Assembly: GCA_963733035.1 (NCBI GenBank)
Contig: CAVTBU010000004.1
Coordinates: 288,001-352,000, forward strand
Reading direction: 5' to 3'
From: Pirellulales bacterium
Lineage (GTDB): Bacteria; Planctomycetota; Planctomycetia; Pirellulales; PALSA-1355
Length of the DNA: 64,000 bases
The notes under the pieces are model-generated. The model was not told where the DNA came from, did not search any database, and worked only from the letters and a program-made list of their open reading frames with translations. A program made the translations under genes and the position numbers. This document shows, piece after piece, positions 19,250 to 29,675 of this stretch (its first letter is position 1; each line of letters starts with the position of its first letter).

Positions 19250-22200
19250 ATGTCGACCTATCGAACGGTCCTGCGCGGACCAAGCGCGGTTGCGCGCCCC
19301 CAGCGTTTTGCACGTTCCCGCAATTTCGCTTCCAGCCGGTTTTCCAGCCTCAGGCTCGAAGCCCTCGAACAGCGTCACCTGCTGACGGCCACCGTGGTCG
19401 AAGTGACCACCACCCAGGACGTCATCGATCCGAACGACGGCCTCGTCTCCTTGCGCGAAGCCGTGCTCGAAGCGAACGCCTCGCCGAATGACTACCAGAT
19501 CGTGCTCCCCGCCGGCACCTATACCTTGACAATCCAAGGGGCGAACGAAGACGCCGCGCTCACCGGCGACTTGGACATTCTCAACAGCGGCAGCGTCACG
19601 ATCGTCGGCGCCGGCGCCGACACGACGACGATCGACGCCTCGGGGCTGTTCGATGCCGGGCTTGGCTACGGCGACCGGATCTTTGACGTCCAAACCAGCG
19701 CGGCTCTCGATCTGACGGGCCTTACGCTGACAGGCGGGAGTGCTCCAACGGCTAGTACTTCGTCCGGCGCAAGCGGCGGAGCTATCCGAAACGCTGGCGG
19801 CCAATTGACGGTAATCGATTGCACGCTTTCGAACAACGACGCTCCCCTTGGCCTAGGCGGCGTGATCTACAACCTCGGCCAACTGACAGTCACGGGCAGC
19901 ACTTTCAGCGGCAACACCGCGCACTCCGCCGGCAGCGCCGTATACACGAATTCTTCACAATCCAGCTCGATCGGCAGTAGTGAATTCCTGGGCAATTCGA
20001 CAACGGTCGGGAGCGGTGCCCCCATCTACCAAGATGGAGGCCAACTGTCCATCACGGGCTGCTCAGTCTCCGGTACTGATGGCGACGGGATCGCCAATTA
20101 TTATGGTCAGCTGACGATCGTTGACAGCGACGTGACAGGCAATAGTGGGAGTGGACTTCACAACGGCGGCGGAGGCGTCCTAACTGTCGTTGACAGCCTG
20201 ATCTCCGAAAACGCCGCTTCAGGAATCTTCAACGATATGAGCTCGCAACTGGAGGTGGTGGGTTGCACGATTTCCAACAACACCGGCGGCGCCTATGGCG
20301 GCGGAATCTACACGACGGGCCCAACGACCATTACCGCCAGCACCATCACTGGCAATACGGCCCGGGCGGGAGGGGGAATCGCTGCAAACAACGAGTTCCT
20401 TCCCGGAAATGTAGTTTCGATTGTGAACAGCGTGATCTCCGACAACGTGGCGACCGGACATGGCGCCGGGGGAATCTTAAGCGAAGGGGAAATGACGATT
20501 TCCGGCAGCACGATTTCCGGCAACCACGCCGCCGGTGAAGGAGGCGGAATTGTCAAGTTCGTCATAGGGAATCCCACCACCTTGACGATCAGCAACAGCA
20601 CGGTCCAGGGCAACTCGGCCACCACCGGCGGAGGAATCAAAAACGATGGCTCTCCGCTGACCATCACGGAAAGCACCATCTCAGACAACACCGCCACGCT
20701 TGACGGAGGGGGAATTCTCAATAGCGGCGTGTGGTTACTCGAGACGAAAATCATCAACAGTACCGTCTCGAACAATAGTGCGAACCGCGATGGCGGTGGC
20801 GTGTATAGTGGGAGACGGTTGACGGTCTCCAATAGCACCATCACCGGCAATCGTGCGGATGCCGATGGTATCGACGGCGGCCTGGGTGGCGGATTTGCCC
20901 TGACGCCTAACGCCGTTGCCTTGCTGCAAAATACGATTGTGGCCGGCAACCTTCGCGGTGCCGACCCCGGCGCGGCCGACAGCGATATCGAGCTGTCCGG
21001 CGGCCAGGTCGATCCGGCCAGTTCCTATAACCTCATCGGCGACCCCAATACGGCCGGTGGCCTGGTGAATGGCACCAACGGCAACATCGTCGGCGACGCG
21101 ACTGGGAATGCGCTCGACATCAATGCGATTCTCGATCCAAATCTGGCCGACAATGGTGGGCCGACGCTGACGCACAAGCTTGTCGATGGCAGCCCGGCCA
21201 TCAACGCGGGGGATCCGGCGTTCGATCCGAACGCCACCGACCCGCCGACGTTCTTCGACCAGCGGGGCGTGGGCTTCCCGCGGGTCAAGAACGGCCGCTT
21301 GGACATCGGCGCTTACGAGGCCGACGCCAACCTGATTGGGCCGGGCAATGTGATCACGGTGGGCACGTTCGACGACTCGTTGGCCGTCGACGGAGTGTGG
21401 TCGCTGCGCGAGGCGGTGATGTACGCCAACAGCCATCCCGGCGACTTCACCATCCAGCTCCCCGCCGGCACGTACACGCTCACCCGCCAGGGAGCGAATG
21501 AAGACGCGGCGCTGACCGGCGACCTCGACATTCTCAACAACGGCAGCGTCCAGATCGTCGGCGCCGGCGCCGACACAACGACGATCGATGCCTCGGGATT
21601 GTTCGACGCCGGACTCGGCTACGGCGACCGGCTGTTTGATGTACACGGCGCCACGCTAAGCCTCGACGGCCTTACGCTCACTGGCGGTAGCACGCCGACG
21701 TCTGGTGACGACGCGGACACGAGCGGTGGGGCCATCCGTAATTCCGGTGGTGAACTGTTCGTCACCGGCAGCACGCTCTCGAACAACACGGCCAAGGGCA
21801 GCGGCGGTGGAATCTATAGTAGCGAAGCGGTTGTCACCATCGACGGCACGACTATCTCAAGCAACGCCGCCGGAAGTGGCGGTGGAATCTATTGCAATCA
21901 GAGCCAGCTAACGGTTCGTAATTCCACACTTTCTGGAAACTCTGGAGAAGGCGGAGCAATCAGTAGCCACTTAGGCGAAACGTCGATCATTGACAGCACG
22001 CTGTCGGACAACAATGCGCCCTACGATGGCGGCGGCATCCTGAATTTCAGCAGTGATCTTCGTGTCGTCCACACGATGTTCGCCGGCAACACCTCGCAGT
22101 TCGTCGGCGGAGCGATCTACAGCCGTTCAGTTCTGCGACAAGACGTTTCGGTGGTCGATAGCACTTTCGTTGATAACTCCGCTGCCGGCAGTGGTGGTGG

Positions 22201-25200
22201 GATCTGGATCGACAACGGTTCAATATTATTTACAAACACCACTTTTTCGGGAAACTCCGCCGTCCTCGGTGGCGCAGTCTACAACAACGAAGGGCAAATT
22301 ACGCTAACGAACAGCACGGTTTCCGGCAATTCTGCTGGGGGCGGCGGCGGTATCTACAATTTCTCGCGCGGCAACATGACGATCACCGGCAGCACCATCT
22401 CCGACAATATGGCAAACGGCAGCGGAGGCGGAATCTATAGCGGCGGGCAGTTGCTGCTGCAGAATAGCACGGTCTCTGGGAACACCGCGTCTGACGGCGG
22501 CGGAATCTCTGGCTTTGCTTCGGTCATCGCTTGCACGATTTCGGGAAACTCGGCAGTCGCCAGCGCGACCTCGGGAGACTCACTATATGCCGGCGATGGT
22601 GGTGGGATTAGCGGTAGTGTCACACTCATAGACAGTACCGTCTCGGGGAACTCCGCCACGAACGACGGCGGCGGAATCTTTGAAGGTGGAACCATCCGCA
22701 ACAGTACCATCGTCGGCAACCGCGCCGACTCGGATGACGACGGTGCGGGAATCGGCGGCGGAATTTGCGCAGGGTATGGGAGCTTGCAAAACACTATCGT
22801 CGCCGGGAACGTTCGCGGCGCCGCGGCGGCAGAAGAGGCCAGTGACGTAGAACTTGAATCGGCGACCCACTTCACCGGAGGTTCCTATAACCTGATCGGC
22901 GACCCCCACACGGCCGGCGGCCTGGTCGATGGTACCAACGGCAACATCGTCGGTGACGCCAGCGGCCGTGCGCTTGACATCAATGCGATTCTCGATCCAA
23001 ATCTGGCCGACAATGGCGGGCCGACGCTGACGCATAAGCTCCTCGACGGCAGCCCGGCCATCAACGCGGGGGATCCTGCGTTTGATCCGAATGCCACCGA
23101 CCCGCCGACGCTCTTCGACCAGCGGGGCGTGGGCTTCCCGCGGGTCAAGAACGGCCGCTTGGACATCGGCGCTTACGAGGCCGACGCCAACCTGATTGGG
23201 CCGGGCAATGTGATCACGGTGGGCACGTTCGACGACTCGTTGGCCGTCGACGGAGTGTGGTCGCTGCGCGAGGCGGTGATGTACGCCAACAGCCATCCCG
23301 GCGACTTCACCATCCAGCTCCCCGCCGGCACCTACACGCTCACCCGCCAGGGGGCGAATGAAGACGCGGCGCTGACCGGCGACCTCGACATCCTCAACAA
23401 CGGCAGCGTCACGATCGTCGGCGCCGGCGCCGACACAACGACGATCGATGCCTCGGGATTGTTCGACGCCGGACTCGGCTACGGCGACCGGCTGTTTGAT
23501 GTACACGGCGCCACGCTAAGCCTCGACGGCCTCACGCTCACCGGCGGTAGCACGCCGACGTCTGGTGACGACGCGGACACGAGCGGTGGCGCCATCCGTA
23601 ATACTGGCGGTGAACTGTTCGTCACAAACGACACGCTTTCGAACAACACGGCCAAACACAACGGTGGCGGAATCTATGGCATCCAGGCGGTGATCAACGT
23701 CACCGGCACCACGCTTACCACACTCAGCGCAGACCTCGGCGCTCTTTACGCCGACGACCATTCTACCGTCACCGTCACCGACAGCACTATTTCGGACGTC
23801 ACCGGGTTTGGGATCATTTGCAAGCAGTGTCAATTAACTGTCCGCAATAGCACGCTATCTGGAAACTTGGGCGGAGCAATCCGGCTCTTCTCGAGCGAAA
23901 CGTCGATCATTGACAGCACGATTTCTGAAAACAGAGGAAATCTAGGCGCCATTAACAATCAGGACGGCGATCTTAGCATCGTCCATTCAATATTCGCCGG
24001 CAACACCAGCTTTGCGGACGTCGGCGGAGCGATCACTAACTATAATTCCCAGAACGTCAATTCCAAGAAACTCTCGGTAGTAGATAGCACGTTCCTCAAT
24101 AACAACGCCTATTCTAATGGCGGCGGCGCGATAGGTAGCTACGATGGGACGGTTCTCATTGCGAACAGCACCTTCTCGGGCAACTCCGCCTACAATGGCG
24201 GCGGTGCGATCTTCGTGAGCGGCGGGTCCTTTACGCTCACCAGTAGCGTGGTTTCCGGCAATTCCGCCCAACTGGAAGGCGGTGGAATCGAGAGTTGGGG
24301 TTGCCGCATGACCATCACCGGTAGCACCATCTCCGACAATACCGCAGCCAGAGGAGGTGGAATCGTGGAAACCAGAGGCCGCGGGCAATTACTGCTGCAG
24401 AATAGCACCGTCTCTGGGAACACCGCGCTCAATGATAGCGGCGGCGGAATCTGGTCCTCTGGCTCTTCGGCAATCATCAACAGTACGCTCTCGAACAATA
24501 GTACGAAACTTGGTGGCGGTGGCGTGTATAGTACGGGACCGTTGACGATCAGTAATAGCACCATCACCGGCAATCGTGCGGATGCCAATGGTATCGACGG
24601 CGGCCTGGGCGGCGGATTTGCCCTGATCAATAACGCCGTTGCCTTGCTGCAAAACTCCATCATCGCCGGCAACGTCCGCGGAGCCGGTCCCGGCGCGGCC
24701 GACAGCGATATCGAGCTGTCCGGCGGCCAGGTCGACCCAGCCAGTTCCTACAATCTCATCGGCGACCCCCACACGGCTGGTGGCCTGGTCGATGGCGTGA
24801 ACGGCAACATCGTCGGCGATGGAAACGGCAATTCCCTCGACATTCACACGGTTCTCGACACCACGCTGGCCGACAACGGCGGCCCGACTTTGACGCACGC
24901 CCTGGTGCCGGGAAGCCCGGCGGTCAACGCGGGCGATCCGGCGTTCGATCCCAACGCGACCGATCCGCCGACGCTCTTCGATCAACGCGGCGCGGGTTAC
25001 AGCCGCGTCGTTGGACGGCACGTGGACATCGGGGCATATGAATCTGGTGCCACGTTCCAGACGGTCGTGACCGGCCGGCAAATCTTTTACGACAACTCGA
25101 CCTTCAATGGTAACGTTTCCGGCGTTGGTCCCTTCGATGCGTTCGCCATCGCCACCGACAAACAGGCCCTGCTGCCTGGTGGCAGCCTGGCGGGGCCGCA

Positions 25201-26014
25201 AAACGTCACGAGCTACTCGCGTGGCATTAACGGCATCATGGTCGACATCGCCGGTTCGCATCCGGATATCACGGCCGCCGACTTCATCTTCCGCGTGGGC
25301 AGCAACAACGCGCCCGATACCTGGGCGGCGGCGCCCGCGCCCTCGGCCGTGGTGGTGCTGCCGGGCCAGGGAGACGGCGGATCCGACCGCGTGGAAATCG
25401 TCTGGCCCGACGGCGCGATCAAGAACACGTATCTCGAAGTGATCGTCGCGGCCGACGCCCACACCGGCCTTTCGTCGCCCGATGAATTCTTCTTCGGCAA
25501 CCGCGTTGGCGACACGCTGGCAGGCACGCCGGCGAGCTATTTTGTCACCAACGCGGCCGACGAGATCGCAGCCCGCCAGTCGACGGGCGTTGCTTATCAG
25601 ATAAGCAACGCTTTGGATTTCGATCGCAACGGCGTGGTCAACGCCGCCGATCAGATCATCGCCCGCACCAATGGCGGCGTCCTGTCGCGCATTCAGATTT
25701 CGCCCCCGCCCGCCCCGCTCGCGCAGCCGTCAGGCACAAGCGACGCGCTGGCCAGTAAACCAAGCGACGACCTGCGAAACGCCGTGACCGCGTCGCTGAC
25801 AGTGCCGACCGAAAGTGTCCCCGCCACCGCGGAGTCACCTGCTCCGGCCGTCGTCCTGGCGAAAGCCGCTCCACTGAGCGCCGCCCAGGTCGACTGGGCA
25901 CTGGCTGCCGATTGGTCGTACGCCGCCGACAGTCTCGACGAGTTGTTTTCAACTGGCAATGCGAACGAAGTCGACGAACTGGCGCTCGAACTTCTCATCG
26001 GTGCTCTGACGTAG
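19250..26014 (+). CDS. Large secreted protein: three CSLREA / parallel beta-helix / choice-of-anchor-Q-like modules plus planctomycete C-terminal domain with a dockerin-like motif
   Basis: ATG follows a GAGGA RBS. LRLEALEQRHLL export motif, three SLREAV, many GGAI/GGGI..N repeats, three LADNGGPTLTH..GSPA.NAG..DQRG..DIGAYE, then DFDRNGVVNAAD. Confidence 0.88.
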   Translation: MSTYRTVLRGPSAVARPQRFARSRNFASSRFSSLRLEALEQRHLLTATVVEVTTTQDVIDPNDGLVSLREAVLEANASPNDYQIVLPAGTYTLTIQGANEDAALTGDLDILNSGSVTIVGAGADTTTIDASGLFDAGLGYGDRIFDVQTSAALDLTGLTLTGGSAPTASTSSGASGGAIRNAGGQLTVIDCTLSNNDAPLGLGGVIYNLGQLTVTGSTFSGNTAHSAGSAVYTNSSQSSSIGSSEFLGNSTTVGSGAPIYQDGGQLSITGCSVSGTDGDGIANYYGQLTIVDSDVTGNSGSGLHNGGGGVLTVVDSLISENAASGIFNDMSSQLEVVGCTISNNTGGAYGGGIYTTGPTTITASTITGNTARAGGGIAANNEFLPGNVVSIVNSVISDNVATGHGAGGILSEGEMTISGSTISGNHAAGEGGGIVKFVIGNPTTLTISNSTVQGNSATTGGGIKNDGSPLTITESTISDNTATLDGGGILNSGVWLLETKIINSTVSNNSANRDGGGVYSGRRLTVSNSTITGNRADADGIDGGLGGGFALTPNAVALLQNTIVAGNLRGADPGAADSDIELSGGQVDPASSYNLIGDPNTAGGLVNGTNGNIVGDATGNALDINAILDPNLADNGGPTLTHKLVDGSPAINAGDPAFDPNATDPPTFFDQRGVGFPRVKNGRLDIGAYEADANLIGPGNVITVGTFDDSLAVDGVWSLREAVMYANSHPGDFTIQLPAGTYTLTRQGANEDAALTGDLDILNNGSVQIVGAGADTTTIDASGLFDAGLGYGDRLFDVHGATLSLDGLTLTGGSTPTSGDDADTSGGAIRNSGGELFVTGSTLSNNTAKGSGGGIYSSEAVVTIDGTTISSNAAGSGGGIYCNQSQLTVRNSTLSGNSGEGGAISSHLGETSIIDSTLSDNNAPYDGGGILNFSSDLRVVHTMFAGNTSQFVGGAIYSRSVLRQDVSVVDSTFVDNSAAGSGGGIWIDNGSILFTNTTFSGNSAVLGGAVYNNEGQITLTNSTVSGNSAGGGGGIYNFSRGNMTITGSTISDNMANGSGGGIYSGGQLLLQNSTVSGNTASDGGGISGFASVIACTISGNSAVASATSGDSLYAGDGGGISGSVTLIDSTVSGNSATNDGGGIFEGGTIRNSTIVGNRADSDDDGAGIGGGICAGYGSLQNTIVAGNVRGAAAAEEASDVELESATHFTGGSYNLIGDPHTAGGLVDGTNGNIVGDASGRALDINAILDPNLADNGGPTLTHKLLDGSPAINAGDPAFDPNATDPPTLFDQRGVGFPRVKNGRLDIGAYEADANLIGPGNVITVGTFDDSLAVDGVWSLREAVMYANSHPGDFTIQLPAGTYTLTRQGANEDAALTGDLDILNNGSVTIVGAGADTTTIDASGLFDAGLGYGDRLFDVHGATLSLDGLTLTGGSTPTSGDDADTSGGAIRNTGGELFVTNDTLSNNTAKHNGGGIYGIQAVINVTGTTLTTLSADLGALYADDHSTVTVTDSTISDVTGFGIICKQCQLTVRNSTLSGNLGGAIRLFSSETSIIDSTISENRGNLGAINNQDGDLSIVHSIFAGNTSFADVGGAITNYNSQNVNSKKLSVVDSTFLNNNAYSNGGGAIGSYDGTVLIANSTFSGNSAYNGGGAIFVSGGSFTLTSSVVSGNSAQLEGGGIESWGCRMTITGSTISDNTAARGGGIVETRGRGQLLLQNSTVSGNTALNDSGGGIWSSGSSAIINSTLSNNSTKLGGGGVYSTGPLTISNSTITGNRADANGIDGGLGGGFALINNAVALLQNSIIAGNVRGAGPGAADSDIELSGGQVDPASSYNLIGDPHTAGGLVDGVNGNIVGDGNGNSLDIHTVLDTTLADNGGPTLTHALVPGSPAVNAGDPAFDPNATDPPTLFDQRGAGYSRVVGRHVDIGAYESGATFQTVVTGRQIFYDNSTFNGNVSGVGPFDAFAIATDKQALLPGGSLAGPQNVTSYSRGINGIMVDIAGSHPDITAADFIFRVGSNNAPDTWAAAPAPSAVVVLPGQGDGGSDRVEIVWPDGAIKNTYLEVIVAADAHTGLSSPDEFFFGNRVGDTLAGTPASYFVTNAADEIAARQSTGVAYQISNALDFDRNGVVNAADQIIARTNGGVLSRIQISPPPAPLAQPSGTSDALASKPSDDLRNAVTASLTVPTESVPATAESPAPAVVLAKAAPLSAAQVDWALAADWSYAADSLDELFSTGNANEVDELALELLIGALT
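21021..21795 (+). repeat. Intragenic direct repeat, copy 1 (near-identical to 22881-23655, offset 1860 bp)
   Basis: The sequence lines match almost base for base, e.g. 21301-21460 against 23161-23320. Confidence 0.92.
22881..23655 (+). repeat. Intragenic direct repeat, copy 2
   Basis: Matches 21021-21795. Confidence 0.92.
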
Positions 26015-26064
26015 TCGTCCCGGTGCCCAGCTAAGTTGGACGAGGAAGCGCCGCGCACCGAACG

Positions 26065-26709
26065 TTACGATTTGCTCACTTTGTCTTCGATGCCAAATCT
26101 CGCCGTTCGTAACATCAGGTCCACGACCAATCGCGGAAACATGTCGCCGTCTCGGCAGCGGTCCTGCAGCCCGGGAGCCAGGATCTCGATCGCGCGGCGA
26201 TAGGCGAATAGCGACGAGATGATGCCGTACATGACCACGGTGGAGAGTTGGACGCTGTCTCCATCTGGCACGCGAGCGGCGCGGGCAATCAGCTCTCTGA
26301 GCCATTGCAATTCCGGACGCAGCTTTCGATTCAGCAGTTCCTCGAATGCCGGAGAGGGATCGAGGTACTCGCGCTCGATTAGCAAGACTCGCCAATCGGG
26401 CCCTCCGGGCGCCAAGAGATTGGAGGTGTGCTGCTGGACCAGTTGCAAAAGTGCTTTGCGCGGTGGGAGAGACTCCAAAACCGCCAACTGTTCCTGCGGC
26501 AGCGTTTCGCACTGGATGGCCGACTCGAGCACCTCGCGGTACAGGCCGTCCTTGTCTCGAAAATGGTAGTTGAGCGCGCTGAGGCTGGCATCGGCCCTCG
26601 CGCAAATGTCGCGGACGGTTACCCCGTGAAATCCATGCTGGGCAAACAGCTGGCCTGCCGCCTCGATCATGTTGGTGCGGGTGCGGTCGGTGTCGGTTTT
26701 TGTACCCAT
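26065..26709 (-). CDS. TetR/CerR-family transcriptional regulator
   Basis: HTH IEAAGQLFAQHGFHGVTVRDIC..A..S.SALNYHFRDKDGLY; divergent from the P450 gene. Confidence 0.9.
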   Translation of the reverse strand: MGTKTDTDRTRTNMIEAAGQLFAQHGFHGVTVRDICARADASLSALNYHFRDKDGLYREVLESAIQCETLPQEQLAVLESLPPRKALLQLVQQHTSNLLAPGGPDWRVLLIEREYLDPSPAFEELLNRKLRPELQWLRELIARAARVPDGDSVQLSTVVMYGIISSLFAYRRAIEILAPGLQDRCRDGDMFPRLVVDLMLRTARFGIEDKVSKS

Positions 26710-26734
26710 CGCTTGATTCCCTGGAAGACCTGTA

Positions 26735-26768
26735 GTACAACTGTATGGTACGTTTGTACCACAGTCAA
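26735..26768 (-). promoter_or_regulatory. sigma70 promoter of tetR overlapped by an inverted-repeat operator
   Basis: Minus strand TTGACT-17 bp-TACAGT. Inverted repeat GTACAA (26735-26740) ... TTGTAC (26754-26759). Confidence 0.7.
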
Positions 26769-26867
26769 GATGGCACTGCGAGAGCGTGAAAAACTGGCCC
26801 GGAAGCGGCCTTTCTTGCGAAGCGGCAGAGGCGATCTCGACCTTCTCCGATATGAGGAGTTCTTGCC

Positions 26868-28235
26868 ATGGCACGCGCCACGCTACCCCCGGGTCCCAAG
26901 GGTCTTGCCAAGATCCGGACCTGCGTTGATTTCTTTCGCGATCCGCTGGACCTCTTGCCGCGGCTGGCCGAGCGCTATGGCGACACGGTGTATTTAGGGC
27001 TGCCCGGGATGCGGATGTTCATCCTGAATCACCCGCGAGATATCGAGACCGTGCTGCGGCACCATGCCGAGTCGTTCATGAAGGATCGCTTTCTGCAGGC
27101 GAGCCGAACGCTGTTTGGCCAAGGCTTGCTAACCAGCGAAGGCCCGCTGTGGCGTCGTCAGCGAAAGCTCGCGCAGCCGGCATTCCAATTGCAGCGCATT
27201 CAGAGCTATGGCGATGCCATGACGGCGGCGACCCGCAAGATGCTGGAAGTCTGGCGGGTGGGAGAAGAGCGGAATGTTCATGCGGACCTAATGCGTCTGA
27301 CGCTGGACATAGTGGGCCAGACACTGTTCGGCACCGACATGGACCAATATGGCGAAGAGATAGCGACGTCATTCCTGACATTGACGGACTTCTTTGCCAG
27401 TCCGGCGGCGTTGTCCGCAACCTGGCAGCGGGTGCCGACACCCTTCAACTTGCGGTACCGCGGCGCGGTCCGTCGTATCGAGGCAATCATCGCTCAACTG
27501 ATCGAAAGCAGGCGTGCCGGCGGTACCGAGGGAAATGACTTTCTATCGCGGCTAATGGCGGCAACAGACGAAGCTGGCCAGCGGATGACGGATCGGCAAC
27601 TCCGCGACGAAGCAATTACCTTCGTCTTGGCGGGGCACGAAACCACGGCGCTGGCCTTGACCTTTACGTTCCTCTTGCTGGGCCAGCACCCGGAGGTAGA
27701 ACGCCGTTTGGCCGACGAGGTGACCAATGTTTTGGGCGGACGGGTGCCCACGGCCGCGGATGTCCCGCGACTTGAATATGCCAACTGGGTTGTGAAGGAG
27801 TCGATGCGGCTCTATCCGCCGGTCTGGACGATCGGACGCGAGGCGCTCACCGACGTGGAGATCGAAGGTTATACGCTTCCCAAGAAGGCCCAGGTCCTGC
27901 TCGGGCAGTGGGTCGTGCATCGCGACCAACGTTTCTTTGCCGACCCGCTCAAGTTTCGTCCCGAGCGTTGGGGCGAGCCCCAGATGGAGTCGCTGCCGCG
28001 GTGCGCGTATTTTCCTTTTGGCGATGGACCACGGATTTGCATTGGCAATCAATTCGCGATGATGGAAGCGGTGCTGATCCTGGCGACGATGGTCGCCCGC
28101 CACCGGCTCGAACTCGTGCCGGAGCAGCAAATCGATCTGTTGCCGTCGATTACACTGCGGCCAAAAAACGGAGTCCGCATCGTCGTCCGCCGCCCAACGA
28201 AGTCGGCAGCGGCCGCCGTCGGTGTCGGCTCCTGA
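26868..28235 (+). CDS. Cytochrome P450
   Basis: AGHETT, ESMR (ExxR), FRPERW and heme motif FGDGPRICIG; GAGGAG RBS. Confidence 0.95.
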   Translation: MARATLPPGPKGLAKIRTCVDFFRDPLDLLPRLAERYGDTVYLGLPGMRMFILNHPRDIETVLRHHAESFMKDRFLQASRTLFGQGLLTSEGPLWRRQRKLAQPAFQLQRIQSYGDAMTAATRKMLEVWRVGEERNVHADLMRLTLDIVGQTLFGTDMDQYGEEIATSFLTLTDFFASPAALSATWQRVPTPFNLRYRGAVRRIEAIIAQLIESRRAGGTEGNDFLSRLMAATDEAGQRMTDRQLRDEAITFVLAGHETTALALTFTFLLLGQHPEVERRLADEVTNVLGGRVPTAADVPRLEYANWVVKESMRLYPPVWTIGREALTDVEIEGYTLPKKAQVLLGQWVVHRDQRFFADPLKFRPERWGEPQMESLPRCAYFPFGDGPRICIGNQFAMMEAVLILATMVARHRLELVPEQQIDLLPSITLRPKNGVRIVVRRPTKSAAAAVGVGS

Positions 28236-28269
28236 AGCACCACCAAGTTTGTCCCACACAAGAAAACCC

Positions 28270-28314
28270 TTGCCTTTCCGGCCGGCCAACGCTAATATGC
28301 AACCGTTTGGTTGC
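28270..28314 (+). promoter_or_regulatory. sigma70 promoter and ArsR-type operator of the SRPBCC-arsR operon
   Basis: TTGCCT (28270-28275)-17 bp-TAATAT (28293-28298), followed by the palindrome GCAACC-GTTT-GGTTGC (28299-28314). Confidence 0.7.
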
Positions 28315-28343
28315 CTATTAATTCGAACCCGGGAGAACTTCAG

Positions 28344-28808
28344 ATGAGCAAGTCGAGCACGGACCGCATCGAAAAGAGCGTTGAATTAAAGGCGCCCGTT
28401 TCTCGAGTCTGGCGAGCGATCACGGATTACAGGGAGTTCGGAACATGGTTTCGGGTGGACCTCGAATCGCCGTTTGTTCCCGGAAAAGTCACGCGAGGCA
28501 GAATCACGCACCCCGGCTACGAACACCTGGTGATGGAAGTGACCGTCCAGAAAACGGAGCCCGAGCAGCTGTTCTCTTTCCATTGGCACCCGTATGCGGT
28601 AGACCCCAGTGTGGACTACACCCACGAGCCTCCCACGCTCGTGGAATTCAAACTCGAGCCAGCGGCTGGTGGAACTTTGTTGGTGGTCACGGAGTCCGGA
28701 TTCGATGCGCTCCCGGCCGCGCGACGGGACGAGGCCTTCCGAATGAACGACGGCGGCTGGGCCGCGCAGCTAAAGAACATCGAGAAACATGTCCACGACA
28801 ACACATAG
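28344..28808 (+). CDS. SRPBCC/AHSA1-family protein
   Basis: IEKSVELKAPVSRVWRAITD..F..WF, TLVEFKL, ESGF, GW..QL. Confidence 0.88.
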   Translation: MSKSSTDRIEKSVELKAPVSRVWRAITDYREFGTWFRVDLESPFVPGKVTRGRITHPGYEHLVMEVTVQKTEPEQLFSFHWHPYAVDPSVDYTHEPPTLVEFKLEPAAGGTLLVVTESGFDALPAARRDEAFRMNDGGWAAQLKNIEKHVHDNT

Positions 28809-29136
28809 AAAGCTAGTTGGCAGACTCCACAAGAGCGCACCCCTGTTTGCTGCCTTGGGCGACGAGGTCCGGCTCTCGCTGCTGGTAAAGCTTAGCGATG
28901 GGGCGTATCTCTCGATCAAGCAGCTTTCCGAGCACTCGCCAATTACTCGCCAGGCGATCACCAAGCACCTGAGAGTGCTGGAAGATGCCGGGCTCGTGCG
29001 GGGGCTGCGGCGCGGGAGGGAGAACCTGTTTCAGATTGAAGCGAAGCCGCTCAAGGAGGCAAGGGATTCGCTCGACGTCATCTCGCAGCAATGGAATGAC
29101 GCGCTCGCGCGGCTGAAAGAATTTGTCGAGGACTGA
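28789..29136 (+). CDS. ArsR/SmtB-family HTH regulator
   Basis: FAALGDEVRL, ITRQAITKHLRVLEDAGLV..R.GRE, W..AL.RL. Confidence 0.88.
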   Translation: MSTTTHRKLVGRLHKSAPLFAALGDEVRLSLLVKLSDGAYLSIKQLSEHSPITRQAITKHLRVLEDAGLVRGLRRGRENLFQIEAKPLKEARDSLDVISQQWNDALARLKEFVED

Positions 29137-29285
29137 TTCTGGCGATTCCTTTTGATCGACGACCTCGCGCCTTATTGCCTAGGATGTCCTTTTACGAACC
29201 GAGGCTTCATCGAAACGCAACATAGGCTACGAATTGCTGGATATCGCGGTGCACTTCTCCCTCAATCTTCTGGTTGGAGGTTGTC

Positions 29286-29648
29286 ATGCTAAAGATTTCC
29301 AATGAAAGCGGTGGGAACGTTTTGGTCCTCGAAGCTGAACACAAGCTAACGGACGAGGACTACAAGCAGCTGCTGATACCACGGTTGGAAGCGATGCTCC
29401 AAGAGCACGGCAAAGTTCGGCTGCTGCTAGACATGGGTGATAATTTCGAAGGCTGGGAGCCCAAGGCCGCTTGGGACGACGCGCGATTTGGACTCGCGCA
29501 TCGGCAGGATTTTGAAAAGATGGCCGTGATCGCCGACCGCCGCTGGGTGGACTGGGCCCTGAAAGTTGGCTCGCTTTTCATCCATGGCGATATACGATCC
29601 TTCCTCCCAGGCCAACGAGAAGAAGCGCTTCGCTGGATCAAATCATAG
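29286..29648 (+). CDS. SpoIIAA-like (STAS/SEC14) domain protein
   Basis: KLTDEDY, GKVRLL, FEGW...AAWDD, FEKMAVI, F......EA..W; GGAGG RBS. Confidence 0.8.
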   Translation: MLKISNESGGNVLVLEAEHKLTDEDYKQLLIPRLEAMLQEHGKVRLLLDMGDNFEGWEPKAAWDDARFGLAHRQDFEKMAVIADRRWVDWALKVGSLFIHGDIRSFLPGQREEALRWIKS

Positions 29649-29675
29649 CCAATTATTACCAAGGGTGGGAAACAC

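Noticed and set aside
21021..23655. Diversity-generating retroelement TR/VR pair
   Set aside because: Mismatches between the copies involve all four bases rather than only adenines, both copies are in-frame coding, and there is no reverse transcriptase in the window.
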